The notes beneath the pieces were generated by a model. It searched no databases. It was not told where the DNA came from and saw nothing but the letters and a program-made list of their open reading frames with translations. A program made the translations under genes and the position numbers. Shown one piece after another: positions 21,301 through 31,043 of a stretch of 64,000 nt of DNA (position 1 is its first letter; every line of letters starts with the position of its first letter). The stretch is from a virus. The DNA lies in IMG/VR virus record IMGVR_UViG_3300025141_000060, positions 10,991-74,990 of that record; one strand, written 5' to 3'.

Positions 21301-21806
21301 GACACAGGACCGCTAGTATTTAAAAAATACAACCAACTTAGATTTGATATAAGGTACGCATGCGTACCTGAAGTCGTTGTTGCATAGTTTGCGGACGTAT
21401 CAGAAAGCAAAGTACTAGAATTTAATGTTATTTTTGGGAGAAGAGTACCACTCAAAAAAGTAAGAAATTCAGAGGAGGTACCATAGTCCGAATACTTATA
21501 ACCCAACGGAGTTAATATGTTCTGTTGGAAGTCATTAGAAGTAATGTCTGTTAGCTTATTTTGTTTTACAAAGTACTGACTAAACCCGCTTGGGGTATTT
21601 ATTGCACTTAAAGTATTTGATTCAGATAGAGCACTAATATTTAATGTCTGTGCTATTTTATTGATTGATGCTAAATGGCTATTAATGATTAAGTCTGTAA
21701 GCTTAACCTGCGAGCCGCTTAAAGCGAGATCATCTTCCAGATACAAGTCTGGAGTTACTATCTTTACTGCATCTACAAAGTTTAGTTTTGAATACTTTTT
21801 TGCCAT
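15303..21806 (-). CDS. Large baseplate wedge protein (P2 gpI / T4 gp7-like) with a long C-terminal extension
   Basis: IENCPPEYLPYLASLLGW...RNQIRNAASLYRKKGTKQGL motif; follows the gp6-like gene. Confidence 0.75.
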   Translation of the reverse strand: MAKKYSKLNFVDAVKIVTPDLYLEDDLALSGSQVKLTDLIINSHLASINKIAQTLNISALSESNTLSAINTPSGFSQYFVKQNKLTDITSNDFQQNILTPLGYKYSDYGTSSEFLTFLSGTLLPKITLNSSTLLSDTSANYATTTSGTHAYLISNLSWLYFLNTSGPVSSPSSLIASSIVKNLYKNTTYLINDGIKDYQEYLWTNFSNFSSLDAKMLPGSFQSGTGSYTSGTQNLDKLKTLIDVIYSPLYIDREDEVVKNAIEAGLGSSNYELQSTEPKGPFHKFLRGLSYSLRDIDNQVESLETLGSIENCPPEYLPYLASLLGWKLYGNNPASWRNQIRNAASLYRKKGTKQGLIDALDTIIVNNPIDVSGAISEMFESYIPQLLYYLLITETDMFNPKTYSIDTAISYGIDPQTYSSNNKDQNIRAAVDSIISNAVEAYPYLFFIRNEPFRLNITEDGRGWLGPIVNWEGTWYTGEYYSKLYSKKLAIKGDDNFRFHYRGRTTPVPPWDDEKFFRNCAVTDELLHFYKSELERFCIDVNFTNSFYDYTNNYILSGNDRTDLYLDNGYVFFTSSVQLPPNYDSIIDNKVYQDYDALSLWNGKSSTFDFTVCSGDFSSILFQDSSGQYSNAEILQSLSIMDDFVPAKAIPRTRVVLKAAEYASGIDYICPSIIVPRKDVGEVGARGQDVCGVSGMLNNFSASGIYDRITGFALGEEKYNGFDDSQSTIEHAKLPVFTREQAKYSNNIVSSVVNTIEIVPPTATNIGQPVKRKSLRRRDFHNTLEQKGWFDRGGRNMPTFYNNTSSILDFLPLGWNPSSFGLVPATPENLSGVYSKDCAGSASNDSYFNLNVSSAFLSRNYDSLAFSSCDQFVRRDTLPEEIYTLFKFHELKKEGIADETYKLNYNLFSASSIWKDVPRSFANMIEDVGFDKYLSPKLDKREFSLRRRNANGIHTIYNTYNKYFLSALDGSSLPENQLVTVKQGGPTILSHTYGPIYYNSDFSIDGSAIDPEILLPDSTPATNLITTKIQNPFYIQLNVSGAALLDGEVGVSSVQNANTPYYGNPEFVASHFLSGISFIDTSSSDRLNLGSIATDFAILNFDSDQKTVNSTFDNYLIKNPCVYMRTRGAGLPRIKFDLSGYTEMEKNILIPDHDFELTVNFFTGKLDSSILGGGSIGAVLRTKVEKTNNGDSVVFFWAPNGEWKMEKVSNINNAASGISNILNNYTHTFLGKEETNIQIQDTQCDVISDNNTLLRYITEEDKQSVKLKFHTKNQKTPVPFEYGTYYNADSSLSSIYNGRHVQLHRANIFDSDLSQDYILELFQYPNLNSEKRFVVFDDISLVDKTLNDAAQVPYEAVIPDLTLQQDAPQEIELRMPDGSPLALTKSSTTVGTDIAGDLTYDLFRTSVGDLPNILAVCENPGGDCGPMSYASELWTVIGAPDWNSYRNPNSGEFFPGGAILNFYSEHGDDVGDDGLMGKIPYTGICNSTMTKWPSGFGENHAPGGANDGDLHTAYWVARKGFHSYNQWSDYIPQGKREEISQNPTSLGFGGGLAVWPYFHTHQRGSLLGSPLLALARPGHSCIEQHMVSTPKTFLELNTLLPGNTNPLGYSKEDDRFFYSDLENYTGNNPFSGWIVGFSIGEPIEIDFTSKRVKPTITESDNVFLDIDALGDEDNWEYVPAGVDPLLPTVLDPTGMVGAARSFFQLQAGRSRAHPNTNVWGVSDEQYNSFSEAGGITFPPLSVYRDVERNKLIQGQPYSFCVYLRGKAKGDESFQDNYATSAMVTIAPIGSNNSYTRLVLKLGEPVASPYWGAGAYTSSILTNGHSYTGDDAASVEEIVVPWTTLYPNADKVSWYKVRVTIPYDAFEMNAGNATLGIDAVQNKGLRCFVQAYNDRFDGLLPEDLPVGNNQREAILHTPCKLLTWGYGLYAATRAGDFRRYEQSRVFRLGHNQLNPTPSNNGGNAATGEIANVISYDSAQTNMLTIYENEEVLVGRKLYKDSNDEVYTYEKDLSSLKKLTLVKSSAPYSVFKANLYKGIKFYDNSGLEYSGPINFSLGKRILRPENFSQEPESARVLTLSGSIEGTNIGKSVKGYKSIEPIDLLHLFRYFNKLGKAATRKGFNTRVWSDSSAVHCASGGSRLSYRNHPDPVGTGEDGTYGNYTQLEVDN

Positions 21807-23419
21807 TAGATAAAGGTTATGTTTATAGTTACATTATTTAATTGAACTACCTCATTAAAGTCTATCGAAATAGCGTCAGAGATATTATCAATTGTTGAGT
21901 AACGTACATTTGTAAGATCAAATATCTTTCTATTTAATTCCTGAGGAACAAAAGCGTCCCCAAAACCAAATCTAGAGTAGGAAAAGAAATTAGTTATAAT
22001 ATTAGATGCTTCTTGTTTTACAGATTCTTCTTTATCACTTAAAGAAGAATCAACGAATAATGTAACTATAAGATCTAATGTTCTTATTAATCCATCCACA
22101 ACGACAATCTCATCGGTAAGCATCTTCTTGTTCTTTATAGCTGAAAGAAGATTTGCTTTATATTCTATTGTAGCCTTCTGAAGTTGCGTTTCAGTCGCCT
22201 TTTGTAAAACAAACAGGTCAATAATATTAGCTGAAGAGTATGCTTTTCGTGTTGAAGCAGTTCCTATCGCTGCACCCCCTGAAGGGCTACGATACCTAGA
22301 AACATACGAAGCGAAGTCTCCTAAAGTAACTAACCGATCTTGTTGTTTAAACACTAAAGGTCCATTTACCTTAGCGTTTTCAACAGTTTCCGCGTCAACA
22401 CCTCCTGTTATTACACTTGTATTTGTTAATGTTCCCGCTCCTGCATTTTTGGTTACTATAGGGGCGTTAATAATAGAGCCGAGCAAATTGCCGCGACTTC
22501 CTCCCCCAACTCTATAAAGAACTCGATACGAAGAAGAGTTTGGTGGTGCAGCACCTACGTTGCCATCACCAAACCGAACCAAGCCATTGTAATCTTCATC
22601 ATAAATAACTTCAAAAATTTTATTAGTACTTCCTGACGCAGAATAAAGATTACCTACCTGTGTGTATGTTCCTGATAAAGAATCAGAAGAATCTATATAA
22701 ATTTGAACACTATTTTCAATAATAGGTCCTTGTGTTAAAGAAATAGTCTTAAATACTTGAGTGGTATCAAATGTACCCACTTCTTCAACTAATGCCCCCT
22801 CTAATAATGCTAGATTATTCCACGATATATTTTCTTCACCCTCAGAGCTAGAGCGGGATAATGTAATCTCTGAGGTATTACTGCCTAAATTTTGTATTTT
22901 TCCCGCAACAACAGGGTATAATGTATAAGTTACCTGACCTCCATCTTGAGGAGATGAAAGCGTAATAATTCTACTGTCTGCTTCTACAATTGGATCTGCA
23001 TCTGTAGATGCTGTATCGAGTGATATTCTCGCGTTTCCCCCCGCGCTGGTGGGGCCTTTCATTCGTATACCTATAAGCTCTAACAGCTTTCGAACATTTC
23101 TTCTACTTCTAGCGGTGGGTAAAAAGTTTTCATTCGCTAAAGCATCTGCTTTAAACGATAAAACAGCACCCATATACGAAATCAGTTCAGCAAACATTAC
23201 ACCAAAATCAGACTCACTAAAATTTTGATAGTCCTCTGGGTATACAGCTTGCATATAATTAAATAAAGAATCCCTTAAACTACCGAAATCCGTAGCGGCA
23301 TAGTTTATTAAAGAATCTTTGTTTTCAAAGTTTGCCCCCTGCTGAATTAATTTTTGGAAATCTGACGAAGCAGTTGTGAAAGGTATTGTTGTAGGAAGAT
23401 TATAATTTGATGTACTCAT
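21806..23419 (-). CDS. Baseplate wedge subunit (T4 gp6 / baseplate J-like)
   Basis: DFGSLRDSL..Y...YP..DF, ENFLPTA, RFGDG, YRVGGG..GN, GG.D.ET, QDRLVT..DF. Confidence 0.9.
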   Translation of the reverse strand: MSTSNYNLPTTIPFTTASSDFQKLIQQGANFENKDSLINYAATDFGSLRDSLFNYMQAVYPEDYQNFSESDFGVMFAELISYMGAVLSFKADALANENFLPTARSRRNVRKLLELIGIRMKGPTSAGGNARISLDTASTDADPIVEADSRIITLSSPQDGGQVTYTLYPVVAGKIQNLGSNTSEITLSRSSSEGEENISWNNLALLEGALVEEVGTFDTTQVFKTISLTQGPIIENSVQIYIDSSDSLSGTYTQVGNLYSASGSTNKIFEVIYDEDYNGLVRFGDGNVGAAPPNSSSYRVLYRVGGGSRGNLLGSIINAPIVTKNAGAGTLTNTSVITGGVDAETVENAKVNGPLVFKQQDRLVTLGDFASYVSRYRSPSGGAAIGTASTRKAYSSANIIDLFVLQKATETQLQKATIEYKANLLSAIKNKKMLTDEIVVVDGLIRTLDLIVTLFVDSSLSDKEESVKQEASNIITNFFSYSRFGFGDAFVPQELNRKIFDLTNVRYSTIDNISDAISIDFNEVVQLNNVTINITFI

Positions 23420-23880
23420 AATGATATAGATAATTCGCTTTGTTCTTCTGATATTCTAGAGGCTACTAGAAGCCTAATCTTTAGTCCTGGTAGCCCAAAT
23501 CCTTGAGCTTTATCTGATTTTAAAATATCTAGTCTCAATATTCTAACAGTAGGCAGGTAATTACTGACTCCTCCAACTATCTCCTTTTTCATACTAATTA
23601 TGAGATCCTCTGTTATGGGCTCAAAAAGAAACCTTTTTAAAGATAGTCCAAAGTTAGGAAGCATAACCCGCTCCCCTCGTTCTGTTTTAATGAATTGTCT
23701 AAGCTCACTCTTAACCAGTTCAAAGCCTTTTGTCTTAACAAAGATTCCTTTAGCAGAATTAGTTTTATCATATAAAGGATATCGAACTCCAAAAATAGCC
23801 TCAGTAGAAACTGCATTTATTATTTCATCAGTTACTGTTGTCGCAGGGGGTACACCAAAAATATTTGTATTAGTAATCAT
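23416..23880 (-). CDS. Baseplate wedge/sheath initiator (gp25/GPW family)
   Basis: T..GERVM.P.FG..L..FLFEP motif. Confidence 0.9.
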   Translation of the reverse strand: MITNTNIFGVPPATTVTDEIINAVSTEAIFGVRYPLYDKTNSAKGIFVKTKGFELVKSELRQFIKTERGERVMLPNFGLSLKRFLFEPITEDLIISMKKEIVGGVSNYLPTVRILRLDILKSDKAQGFGLPGLKIRLLVASRISEEQSELSISL

Positions 23881-26543
23881 GTTGCTATATTTTTATAAAA
23901 TCCTTTTTGAGCATTGTAGTTTTGAAGAACTTCCTTATTAGTTAGGGGCCTAGAATAAAACTTTAAACTTCCTACGAACCCGTTTAAGCCGCTTGTGAGT
24001 CCATGCCTCATCCCCATGAAGCCACCGACTTTGCTTGAATTGATTGGGTACCCGTCTGTCCAACCTCCTCCCACAATCCATGGAGTGAAATAAGTATCAT
24101 TTAAAGGGCCATTATTAAAAACAGTAGTACCTATATTTTGAGTAACCGTAGCTGAAGAATAATAAAAACTACTAGTCTCGGAATCCTTTGGGGAAATAAA
24201 GGTAGGTAGTCTTGGGGCTTGCCCTGGATTACCCCCTAAAACTTTAGATAATGATGAAGTTGTCATTTTTACGCCATCTAAATAAACAATACATTCATTA
24301 TTATCAATATTAAAAGACATATGCAAGTGACTAAAGCTACCTGAGACATCTGTGAACTTCTTTCCACCTACACTCAAATTATCTCTAATTGTTAATTTAT
24401 TATAAGTTAAACTGTCATTAGAGCAGTTAGTATCTGGAACAAACTCAACGGAACTGCTATTAAAAGACATTGTAGGAGCAATAAAAAAGCAACTAGATGC
24501 GGTGGTAGCAGAAACATGCACACCGTTATTGGCACCAGGATCTAAATTGGAGCCAGGAATTATATAGGAATCCTCATAAATAACAGGATCTCTACTAAAA
24601 CCAATTAATAAGCCTTTAGTAGTTTCTGATCCACCTGAATTATATAAACTACTAACATCAGGAACTGATTGCTCTCCCCCCGTATTCTCATTACCTAATA
24701 GGATTTTATAATAATTATAATCTCCCCACGCACCTGCGGTCAACGGACGGAAAGCGTCTGACCCTATTTCCTTAGAAGTAGCTGATGTACCATAATTTGG
24801 GATATGCAACCAACAATCAATACTACACCCACTTGGATTATAAAAAAGGTTCTGCATCTCCGTTGTAGGAGGAAGTCTTAAATAATTTGGTGACTTAGTT
24901 AATTTAAAGTTATTAATTTTCCACCTCGCTACGCCTCCTAGATAAGGTATACCAACACCAGACGTAAAGGCTGTTGCAACATTGCCCACTAATTGCGAGT
25001 TACCATGTGTTCCTAAAACAGCACAATTCACCACGTTATATTGATCCGAATCTGGAGAAACTACATCAGGCTTCAAGAAGTTATAAATCGCAAACAGCCC
25101 AGAACTCTCAATGCTGTCCGTTAAAGAAATAGCGGGTGCGGCAGTTGAAGAAACAGAAGGACTGAATACAACAGAACCTTTCCCTATAGGAGGAACGACT
25201 AGAGGGTCAACTAAAACTCTAGAGGTAACACCATAATTAGTAACAAACAGAGGTTTGATTGGTAGAACCACTCCTTCAACATCACCCGAACCAAAAGTTA
25301 AATTTTGTTGTTTATCTAAAGCAACACTTAAATTTATAGAGCTTAAGAAAGAAAAATCATTAACGGGAACATCACCTACAGCATACGCTTGTTCAGCGCC
25401 AAACAAGTCAGGAGCCTTTACCGCCACCTCTATTTGTTTTTTTCTCTTTTTAATCTTTGTATCATAAGCATCGGTAATAGAGTTCAAATTTAATCTATGA
25501 TTCACTACCAAGGCGGAGTCTTCTATGTAGCCGCCATTCAACAGTTCCGTAATTTCATTAATTATTAGTTCTACCTGCTTTGTTTTTTGTCCAAGCAAAA
25601 CATTCAATAAATGATCAGCACTGTAATAATCATCTAAAGTAGATGAATCATCAATAACATTTAAATCGAAAATAGTATCTACATATTTGTTTAATACGTC
25701 AGTAGAAACTAAGGTGCCTTTTCCCCCTAGACTTGGGAAGTGGTCCATCTTCCATTTTTCACTATTTAAAACAAACCCCACATCAGAAGCAGACGGTATA
25801 GGTTTTCCGTTATACAGCCGGTTCTGGGAGTCATAGTACATTCCATCCTCTGATAAAATAAATAAACCATTCTTGGAGACAGGAGGCCCAAACACTAATC
25901 TAAAGATAGGATCTTCTTCCGCTGCCTCGACGCTAATAGCTTGCTGTCGCTCGTATAGAATTACTCCAATATTCTGTATTAAAGTATTACACTTATCTGA
26001 AAACTCGGTGGCTTCTTCTACTTGTTGTCGCGCTAAACCTAAAGCAGCTACCCTAGCATTTTCAGTATACTGATCGGAGTGCCCACCACCAACACCCCCA
26101 GTCCCCGTCATAGGCGCGGGTCCTGTGCTATTAAGCCAATTTTCATAGTCTTGAAGGCATCCTAATACCTCATTATACATTGCTTCTCCTTGATCAATTA
26201 AATCTTGAAAGGCTGATATAGCACCTGCCGCGCCTGCTGCCGCATTCAAAAACCCTAAATCAATCCCAAATTTACTTGAGTCGGAGAACAAGGCGAGCTT
26301 CCCTGTGTCTACGTCATAATCGAGGATCCCCATGTCCGCAAAAAGGCCATTAACAACGCCTGCAATTGCCGCTCGGGCAGCGGCTTGACCCTCGGCTGCT
26401 GCCTTAGCCATGCCGTTTAGAGCACCAGAATCAATAAGATTTAGCGCACCAACAGCTAAATCTAGCATGCATGTGGGGATACCAAAAGCTGTATTTAAAC
26501 TAGCTACGGGGTTTGTAAAAAATTGTGGGTTAAAAGTTGCCAT
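23877..26543 (-). CDS. Baseplate-associated protein with a C-terminal LamG/ConA-like domain
   Basis: SIDCW, VYLDGV, LNGFVGSLKFYSRPLT..EV.QNY. Confidence 0.65.
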   Translation of the reverse strand: MATFNPQFFTNPVASLNTAFGIPTCMLDLAVGALNLIDSGALNGMAKAAAEGQAAARAAIAGVVNGLFADMGILDYDVDTGKLALFSDSSKFGIDLGFLNAAAGAAGAISAFQDLIDQGEAMYNEVLGCLQDYENWLNSTGPAPMTGTGGVGGGHSDQYTENARVAALGLARQQVEEATEFSDKCNTLIQNIGVILYERQQAISVEAAEEDPIFRLVFGPPVSKNGLFILSEDGMYYDSQNRLYNGKPIPSASDVGFVLNSEKWKMDHFPSLGGKGTLVSTDVLNKYVDTIFDLNVIDDSSTLDDYYSADHLLNVLLGQKTKQVELIINEITELLNGGYIEDSALVVNHRLNLNSITDAYDTKIKKRKKQIEVAVKAPDLFGAEQAYAVGDVPVNDFSFLSSINLSVALDKQQNLTFGSGDVEGVVLPIKPLFVTNYGVTSRVLVDPLVVPPIGKGSVVFSPSVSSTAAPAISLTDSIESSGLFAIYNFLKPDVVSPDSDQYNVVNCAVLGTHGNSQLVGNVATAFTSGVGIPYLGGVARWKINNFKLTKSPNYLRLPPTTEMQNLFYNPSGCSIDCWLHIPNYGTSATSKEIGSDAFRPLTAGAWGDYNYYKILLGNENTGGEQSVPDVSSLYNSGGSETTKGLLIGFSRDPVIYEDSYIIPGSNLDPGANNGVHVSATTASSCFFIAPTMSFNSSSVEFVPDTNCSNDSLTYNKLTIRDNLSVGGKKFTDVSGSFSHLHMSFNIDNNECIVYLDGVKMTTSSLSKVLGGNPGQAPRLPTFISPKDSETSSFYYSSATVTQNIGTTVFNNGPLNDTYFTPWIVGGGWTDGYPINSSKVGGFMGMRHGLTSGLNGFVGSLKFYSRPLTNKEVLQNYNAQKGFYKNIAT

Positions 26544-26556
26544 TTAAGTTCCTTCT

Positions 26557-27777
26557 CTATGGGCCATGTCCGCCCCCGCCGAAGGGGTCCGTGCCGTCGC
26601 TTCCTTCATCCGTAAGGTCGGACCAAAAATCGGAAGCAGATTGTTTTAATCTAATGTCCGTATTAGGTCCTGCTGTATAGTTATCATGCCATAGCGGATC
26701 AAAGAAAAAAGGAAAAACTCCAAAAAAAGTCTCCCAATCAATTTCATCGTTTCGCTTTCTTATTCCTATGGATCCCTGGTCTAACGTCTTATTTGTTTCG
26801 TAGGGATTAAGTTCAATAGTTCCTTCGTTCTCAACATCTGATTGGAGTATGATTGATCTTCCTGATATATTTATATCTCCCAAAGATTTTAGGTCAATTC
26901 CATTGTCAGCAAATAACTGAATTTTATTGTTGCTTCGTACCTGAAATGATGCACCTGTTGTTCCATCTTGTTGCTCGTCTCCTATACAATCAATAAAAAT
27001 GCCATTACCGTGATTAACAATACTTATATCACCCCTATCAGACACAATACTTATATTCCCAGAACTACTTCTACGATTATTTTTACTAGCATGGGATCTA
27101 GTAGAACTGTTTATTATCTTTAAGTTTCTACCATCCTTGACGCGAAACACCATATCCCCCTCTTTTGATTCTACTGTTACATTTCTAGAGGCTCGCAACA
27201 ATGCACCCTCAGGGCCAATCTCATCGTCACCTGCGTCTAAATCAGTTAACTTAAGAGTAGCTGCTTGATTTTTACTGTATAAGTTAACTTTTTTAGTATT
27301 AGAAGAATCATCTAAATTAAGGCCTCGACCTTCAGCACTCCCTAACCTAACGCCCTTCCTATCTTCACTATCGTTTCTATTATCTCGTAACAACATATGA
27401 TTACCTAAAGGAGTAGAAATACCATAAGACATGCTTTGGTTATTTTGTTTATAATCATCAGAATCAGCAGGATTTTTATTTTCTCCCCCTAAAGAAGGAT
27501 TTTTATCAGATGGGTGCATCTCAGTTTTCTGTATTCTATCAATACTAGGATTCACAACAGATCCTATGTAATAATAATGTGCTTCTGGGTCATTCTCTGC
27601 TCGATCATATAAAATCTGCGTATTTGTCTCAGGAATAAAGGTTGCACCTGCATATTCCCCCCCACCATAGAAACTGACATACTTTACCTCAATCGTACTT
27701 TCCTGTTTCGCAGGGAGCACAGTAAGAGTGCCCTGTCCAGTAAAGTCTTTTTTAGATACCACAGTCCCAACATACAT
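26557..27777 (-). CDS. Central spike (gp5/gpV/VgrG-like)
   Basis: N-terminal OB-like region (GTV..KD..G.GTL.V, FIPE), then beta-helix-like repeats (TPLGNHMLL.D, GIDLKS.GDINISG). Confidence 0.65.
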   Translation of the reverse strand: MYVGTVVSKKDFTGQGTLTVLPAKQESTIEVKYVSFYGGGEYAGATFIPETNTQILYDRAENDPEAHYYYIGSVVNPSIDRIQKTEMHPSDKNPSLGGENKNPADSDDYKQNNQSMSYGISTPLGNHMLLRDNRNDSEDRKGVRLGSAEGRGLNLDDSSNTKKVNLYSKNQAATLKLTDLDAGDDEIGPEGALLRASRNVTVESKEGDMVFRVKDGRNLKIINSSTRSHASKNNRRSSSGNISIVSDRGDISIVNHGNGIFIDCIGDEQQDGTTGASFQVRSNNKIQLFADNGIDLKSLGDINISGRSIILQSDVENEGTIELNPYETNKTLDQGSIGIRKRNDEIDWETFFGVFPFFFDPLWHDNYTAGPNTDIRLKQSASDFWSDLTDEGSDGTDPFGGGGHGP

Positions 27778-27778
27778 A

Positions 27779-27973
27779 CTAAGATCCTCCTAATTTTTTT
27801 AAGTCTTCTTTTATTTTGTCTTTTTGGGCCTGCGATAAGGAGGACCTTTGAAAAATATTAAGTGTTCCGCTGCCTTTTTGATCTACTATTTTTTTATAAG
27901 GAAAAACAGGCATGCTATCTTTCTGGGAATCTAAACGAAAAATGTTCGAATCTTGTGGATTATTATTTATCAT
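27779..27973 (-). CDS. Small hypothetical protein
   Basis: 64 aa filling the gap within the operon. Confidence 0.45.
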   Translation of the reverse strand: MINNNPQDSNIFRLDSQKDSMPVFPYKKIVDQKGSGTLNIFQRSSLSQAQKDKIKEDLKKLGGS

Positions 27974-30900
27974 GATTTAAAGTACTCGCAATGTCTTTTA
28001 CTACAGTAAACTCTGAATGAGCTTTATTACTTTTTATTGAATGCTTAAAACCAAGTATTCTGTACATCCCACTAAAGAAATCAGTGGTAGATCTATTTAA
28101 GGTACTCCCTCCGTTTAAGCTAGGAGTACCCTTTAACATAACAACTGCTGGTTTCGTTATATCACTATATCGAGATATATTAAACATAGGTAAGCTTTTT
28201 ACGTGGCCCTTAAACTGACTTTGAAATAACGACCTAAACAACATACACATACTAATAACACCTGAACCAAAGTTTTTACTCACCTTTCTCTTTATACCAT
28301 CTGACTCCATTAAGAAAATATCGGCTAGATCAGTACTAAGTTTTGTTAAATCTAGCTGAGGACTTCCTTTGAAAGCATCGCTATAATAAGACCCAGCCGC
28401 TCCTCCGCTCTTCCTAATACGATCTAAAACACCATATATCTGCTCAAAAACCTGATCTGAGGACATGACTCCCTTAATATCTTTGTTTTGTGCGCCTAAT
28501 TTTACATACCTGTACGTCATATTATAGTATATCTCCTGTATAGTTCCAAAAAACTGAGTAAATATAAAATTATCGGCATCGAATGTGTATGACATTACAT
28601 TTGAATTCTTAGTATTGCCTAAAAAGAAAGGGACCCCCAGTTCAAATAAAGAATCTAAAGCTGCTTTATTTTCATCTTTTACTAAGATACCAAACTCATC
28701 AGGTATAGAGGGTATATACGCTTGCATGGCAACATCATAATCATTAAAAAATCCCAAAGGAGTCGGTTTTAAGGATCCTCTATTTACTATTTCTTGTATT
28801 TGCGCGAAATAAGTCCCACGCATCTTACTCCTTAGCTTAGATCGAGTAGCGGGTGTAGATTTTCTTTCTTTCAGATCTTTTATAGGTGCTTGAACAATTA
28901 AGTTCATCGCCATATCCTTGTATATTCTGTTCCAAAAGGGATCTAAGAAGTAATTAGCTCCTCGGGGGGCAATTTCGCCAACAGCAGGCACACCTCGCGC
29001 AACCTGAGATAGAATGGATCTACTCTCAGGAGTGTATATCGCTTTATTTAATATATCTCCATAAAGATAATCTTGAATTAAATCCACATCGCCAAAAATA
29101 AAGAAATTATCATCAGAAATATTTAATGGGGTATCAGCTAAATTTTCAGCGGAGCCCCATGGCCCAGCGCGACCCCCCCTATCCACTAGAACATTTTCTT
29201 TATATCCCACATACGTTCCACTACCAAACTTCTCCTTAAACTTCTGAACAACTGTAGCATCATTTTCCCAAAAACTTGTGATGTGACTCATTAAAGACGG
29301 ACTTTTATTTACTACTGCCTGTAATAACTTCTTAACTGGTTCAATGAAGTTTCCATCTTGTAAAATATCTTTTTTTGTAACCCATTCTTCAAACGTGTCC
29401 AAAGGTAATTGTAAAGACAGAATCGCATCAGCAAAGACTGTCTCTTTAGCGGGAGTAAAGGGGTCCATTACGGGTATCCGCAGCTTTCGAAGGTTTTCTT
29501 CTACGTTTTCTCTAAATTCAGTATCGTCCAAAAAACCTACCCAAAATGCGGCGTCTCGGGCTGTAACAAGAGTCTCTGAGACTGCGAATAACCCTAAACC
29601 GCCAATTTTGTCCCAATAACCTATTTCTCCGTCATCCGCTCCCACATCCATAATAGAACCTTGCAAGGTCGCTTCACCTTTGGCCTCTTCTTTAATGTAA
29701 TCAGGGCTATCTTCCCACGAAAAACCACGAACTAAACGGGGATCTACTTCTGAGCCTTCCCTTTCTCGACCGCTACCCCTTAAACCGATTTTGAATAATA
29801 CATCCTTTTGTAGTTGTACCAATTCCTCCATAGTTAACTTATATAAATGATCTCCTCCTGCTACACCCCCTCCTAAATCATATCGCCCAGTTTGTAACCC
29901 AAAAATTCTCTGATTCTGATAAACAATGGATTGGAGTAGGTTTTCTGTACTTAATAAAGTCGTCTCATCCTCACCCTCTCTAGCAAATCGTTCCTGAAGC
30001 TGCTTTAACCATGCTGACGATCCTAATGTTGATGCAATAACAGGGGCTAATAAATAATCTAAATTAGGGAGGACAATTAAATGATTCTTAATTCCTAAAC
30101 CATATAAATAATGAGAAATTAATTTAACTATATTATCATGAAGAGAAGGGGTAAACCCAGGGAAGTCCAGAATCTCACGAGTGTAACCCTTCGCTCCAAA
30201 GCGGAAGTAGAGGTCCGCAGCGGCCTTCGGTGTATCTCTATATGCCATAATTGGAATAGTTGCATTCATCATCTCCTCAAGGAAATCGCTGTTCGTGTTA
30301 GGCAGTTCATCAAACTGGCGTCCTATATGATCAGGAGTGAAATGATAGGTTACTGTTTCTTTTTTTCCATCATTCCCATATTCTAATCTTCCTAAAATAT
30401 TAGAATAACAGCCACTCCAATACCTTAAATCATCGCCCACACCATAAGCAATAAAAACACGCTGACCTCTGATATTATTTCTTATGTCTTGTTTTACCCG
30501 ACTCTCAGCTATGTCTTTAAGTTCCGATCCGATAACAAGCTCTCCTGTATCGGGAAGCCGAATCCCCTCAAGCTGGTCCCTATCGGCAGCCGAATCAAGC
30601 TTTTTAGATAAAGTCTCTAATTCACTCTTTCTATACTTAATTTCAGAGATCTTTTCTCCAAGAAAAAGATAATAAAACTTCTTTAGTATCTCTAATCCTG
30701 GCTCGAAAGTAGTTAGTTTTATAATCGGCGCACCACTGTTTGAATCTCCGAAGTTATACTCATGCGTAAACTCAAGTAAATTTACGTCAGAGGAAAGTAA
30801 TACAAGACTTTTTTTACCTGCGCTCTTTCTTTGATATTCTTCAATGTCCCCGTAAAGATATTGACGATTCGCTTTAGCTACTTCCCGCTCCATATCCTGC

Positions 30901-31043
30901 TTGAGTAGTGAAAAACTGTTATAATTTGCAAAGTTTTCCGCTAGAGCCTTATCTGTAGTTAAGAATATATTATAAGTTCCAACCCTAAGATCAGTTAAAC
31001 TATCCACATCACCAAAAATATTCTTTCTTCTTTGTTGCGCCAT
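27963..31043 (-). CDS. Baseplate hub protein (gp27/gpD-like)
   Basis: C-terminal SG.YRILG.KHSI...HSEF.V.K; lies between the gp53-like and spike genes. Confidence 0.6.
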   Translation of the reverse strand: MAQQRRKNIFGDVDSLTDLRVGTYNIFLTTDKALAENFANYNSFSLLKQDMEREVAKANRQYLYGDIEEYQRKSAGKKSLVLLSSDVNLLEFTHEYNFGDSNSGAPIIKLTTFEPGLEILKKFYYLFLGEKISEIKYRKSELETLSKKLDSAADRDQLEGIRLPDTGELVIGSELKDIAESRVKQDIRNNIRGQRVFIAYGVGDDLRYWSGCYSNILGRLEYGNDGKKETVTYHFTPDHIGRQFDELPNTNSDFLEEMMNATIPIMAYRDTPKAAADLYFRFGAKGYTREILDFPGFTPSLHDNIVKLISHYLYGLGIKNHLIVLPNLDYLLAPVIASTLGSSAWLKQLQERFAREGEDETTLLSTENLLQSIVYQNQRIFGLQTGRYDLGGGVAGGDHLYKLTMEELVQLQKDVLFKIGLRGSGREREGSEVDPRLVRGFSWEDSPDYIKEEAKGEATLQGSIMDVGADDGEIGYWDKIGGLGLFAVSETLVTARDAAFWVGFLDDTEFRENVEENLRKLRIPVMDPFTPAKETVFADAILSLQLPLDTFEEWVTKKDILQDGNFIEPVKKLLQAVVNKSPSLMSHITSFWENDATVVQKFKEKFGSGTYVGYKENVLVDRGGRAGPWGSAENLADTPLNISDDNFFIFGDVDLIQDYLYGDILNKAIYTPESRSILSQVARGVPAVGEIAPRGANYFLDPFWNRIYKDMAMNLIVQAPIKDLKERKSTPATRSKLRSKMRGTYFAQIQEIVNRGSLKPTPLGFFNDYDVAMQAYIPSIPDEFGILVKDENKAALDSLFELGVPFFLGNTKNSNVMSYTFDADNFIFTQFFGTIQEIYYNMTYRYVKLGAQNKDIKGVMSSDQVFEQIYGVLDRIRKSGGAAGSYYSDAFKGSPQLDLTKLSTDLADIFLMESDGIKRKVSKNFGSGVISMCMLFRSLFQSQFKGHVKSLPMFNISRYSDITKPAVVMLKGTPSLNGGSTLNRSTTDFFSGMYRILGFKHSIKSNKAHSEFTVVKDIASTLNHDK

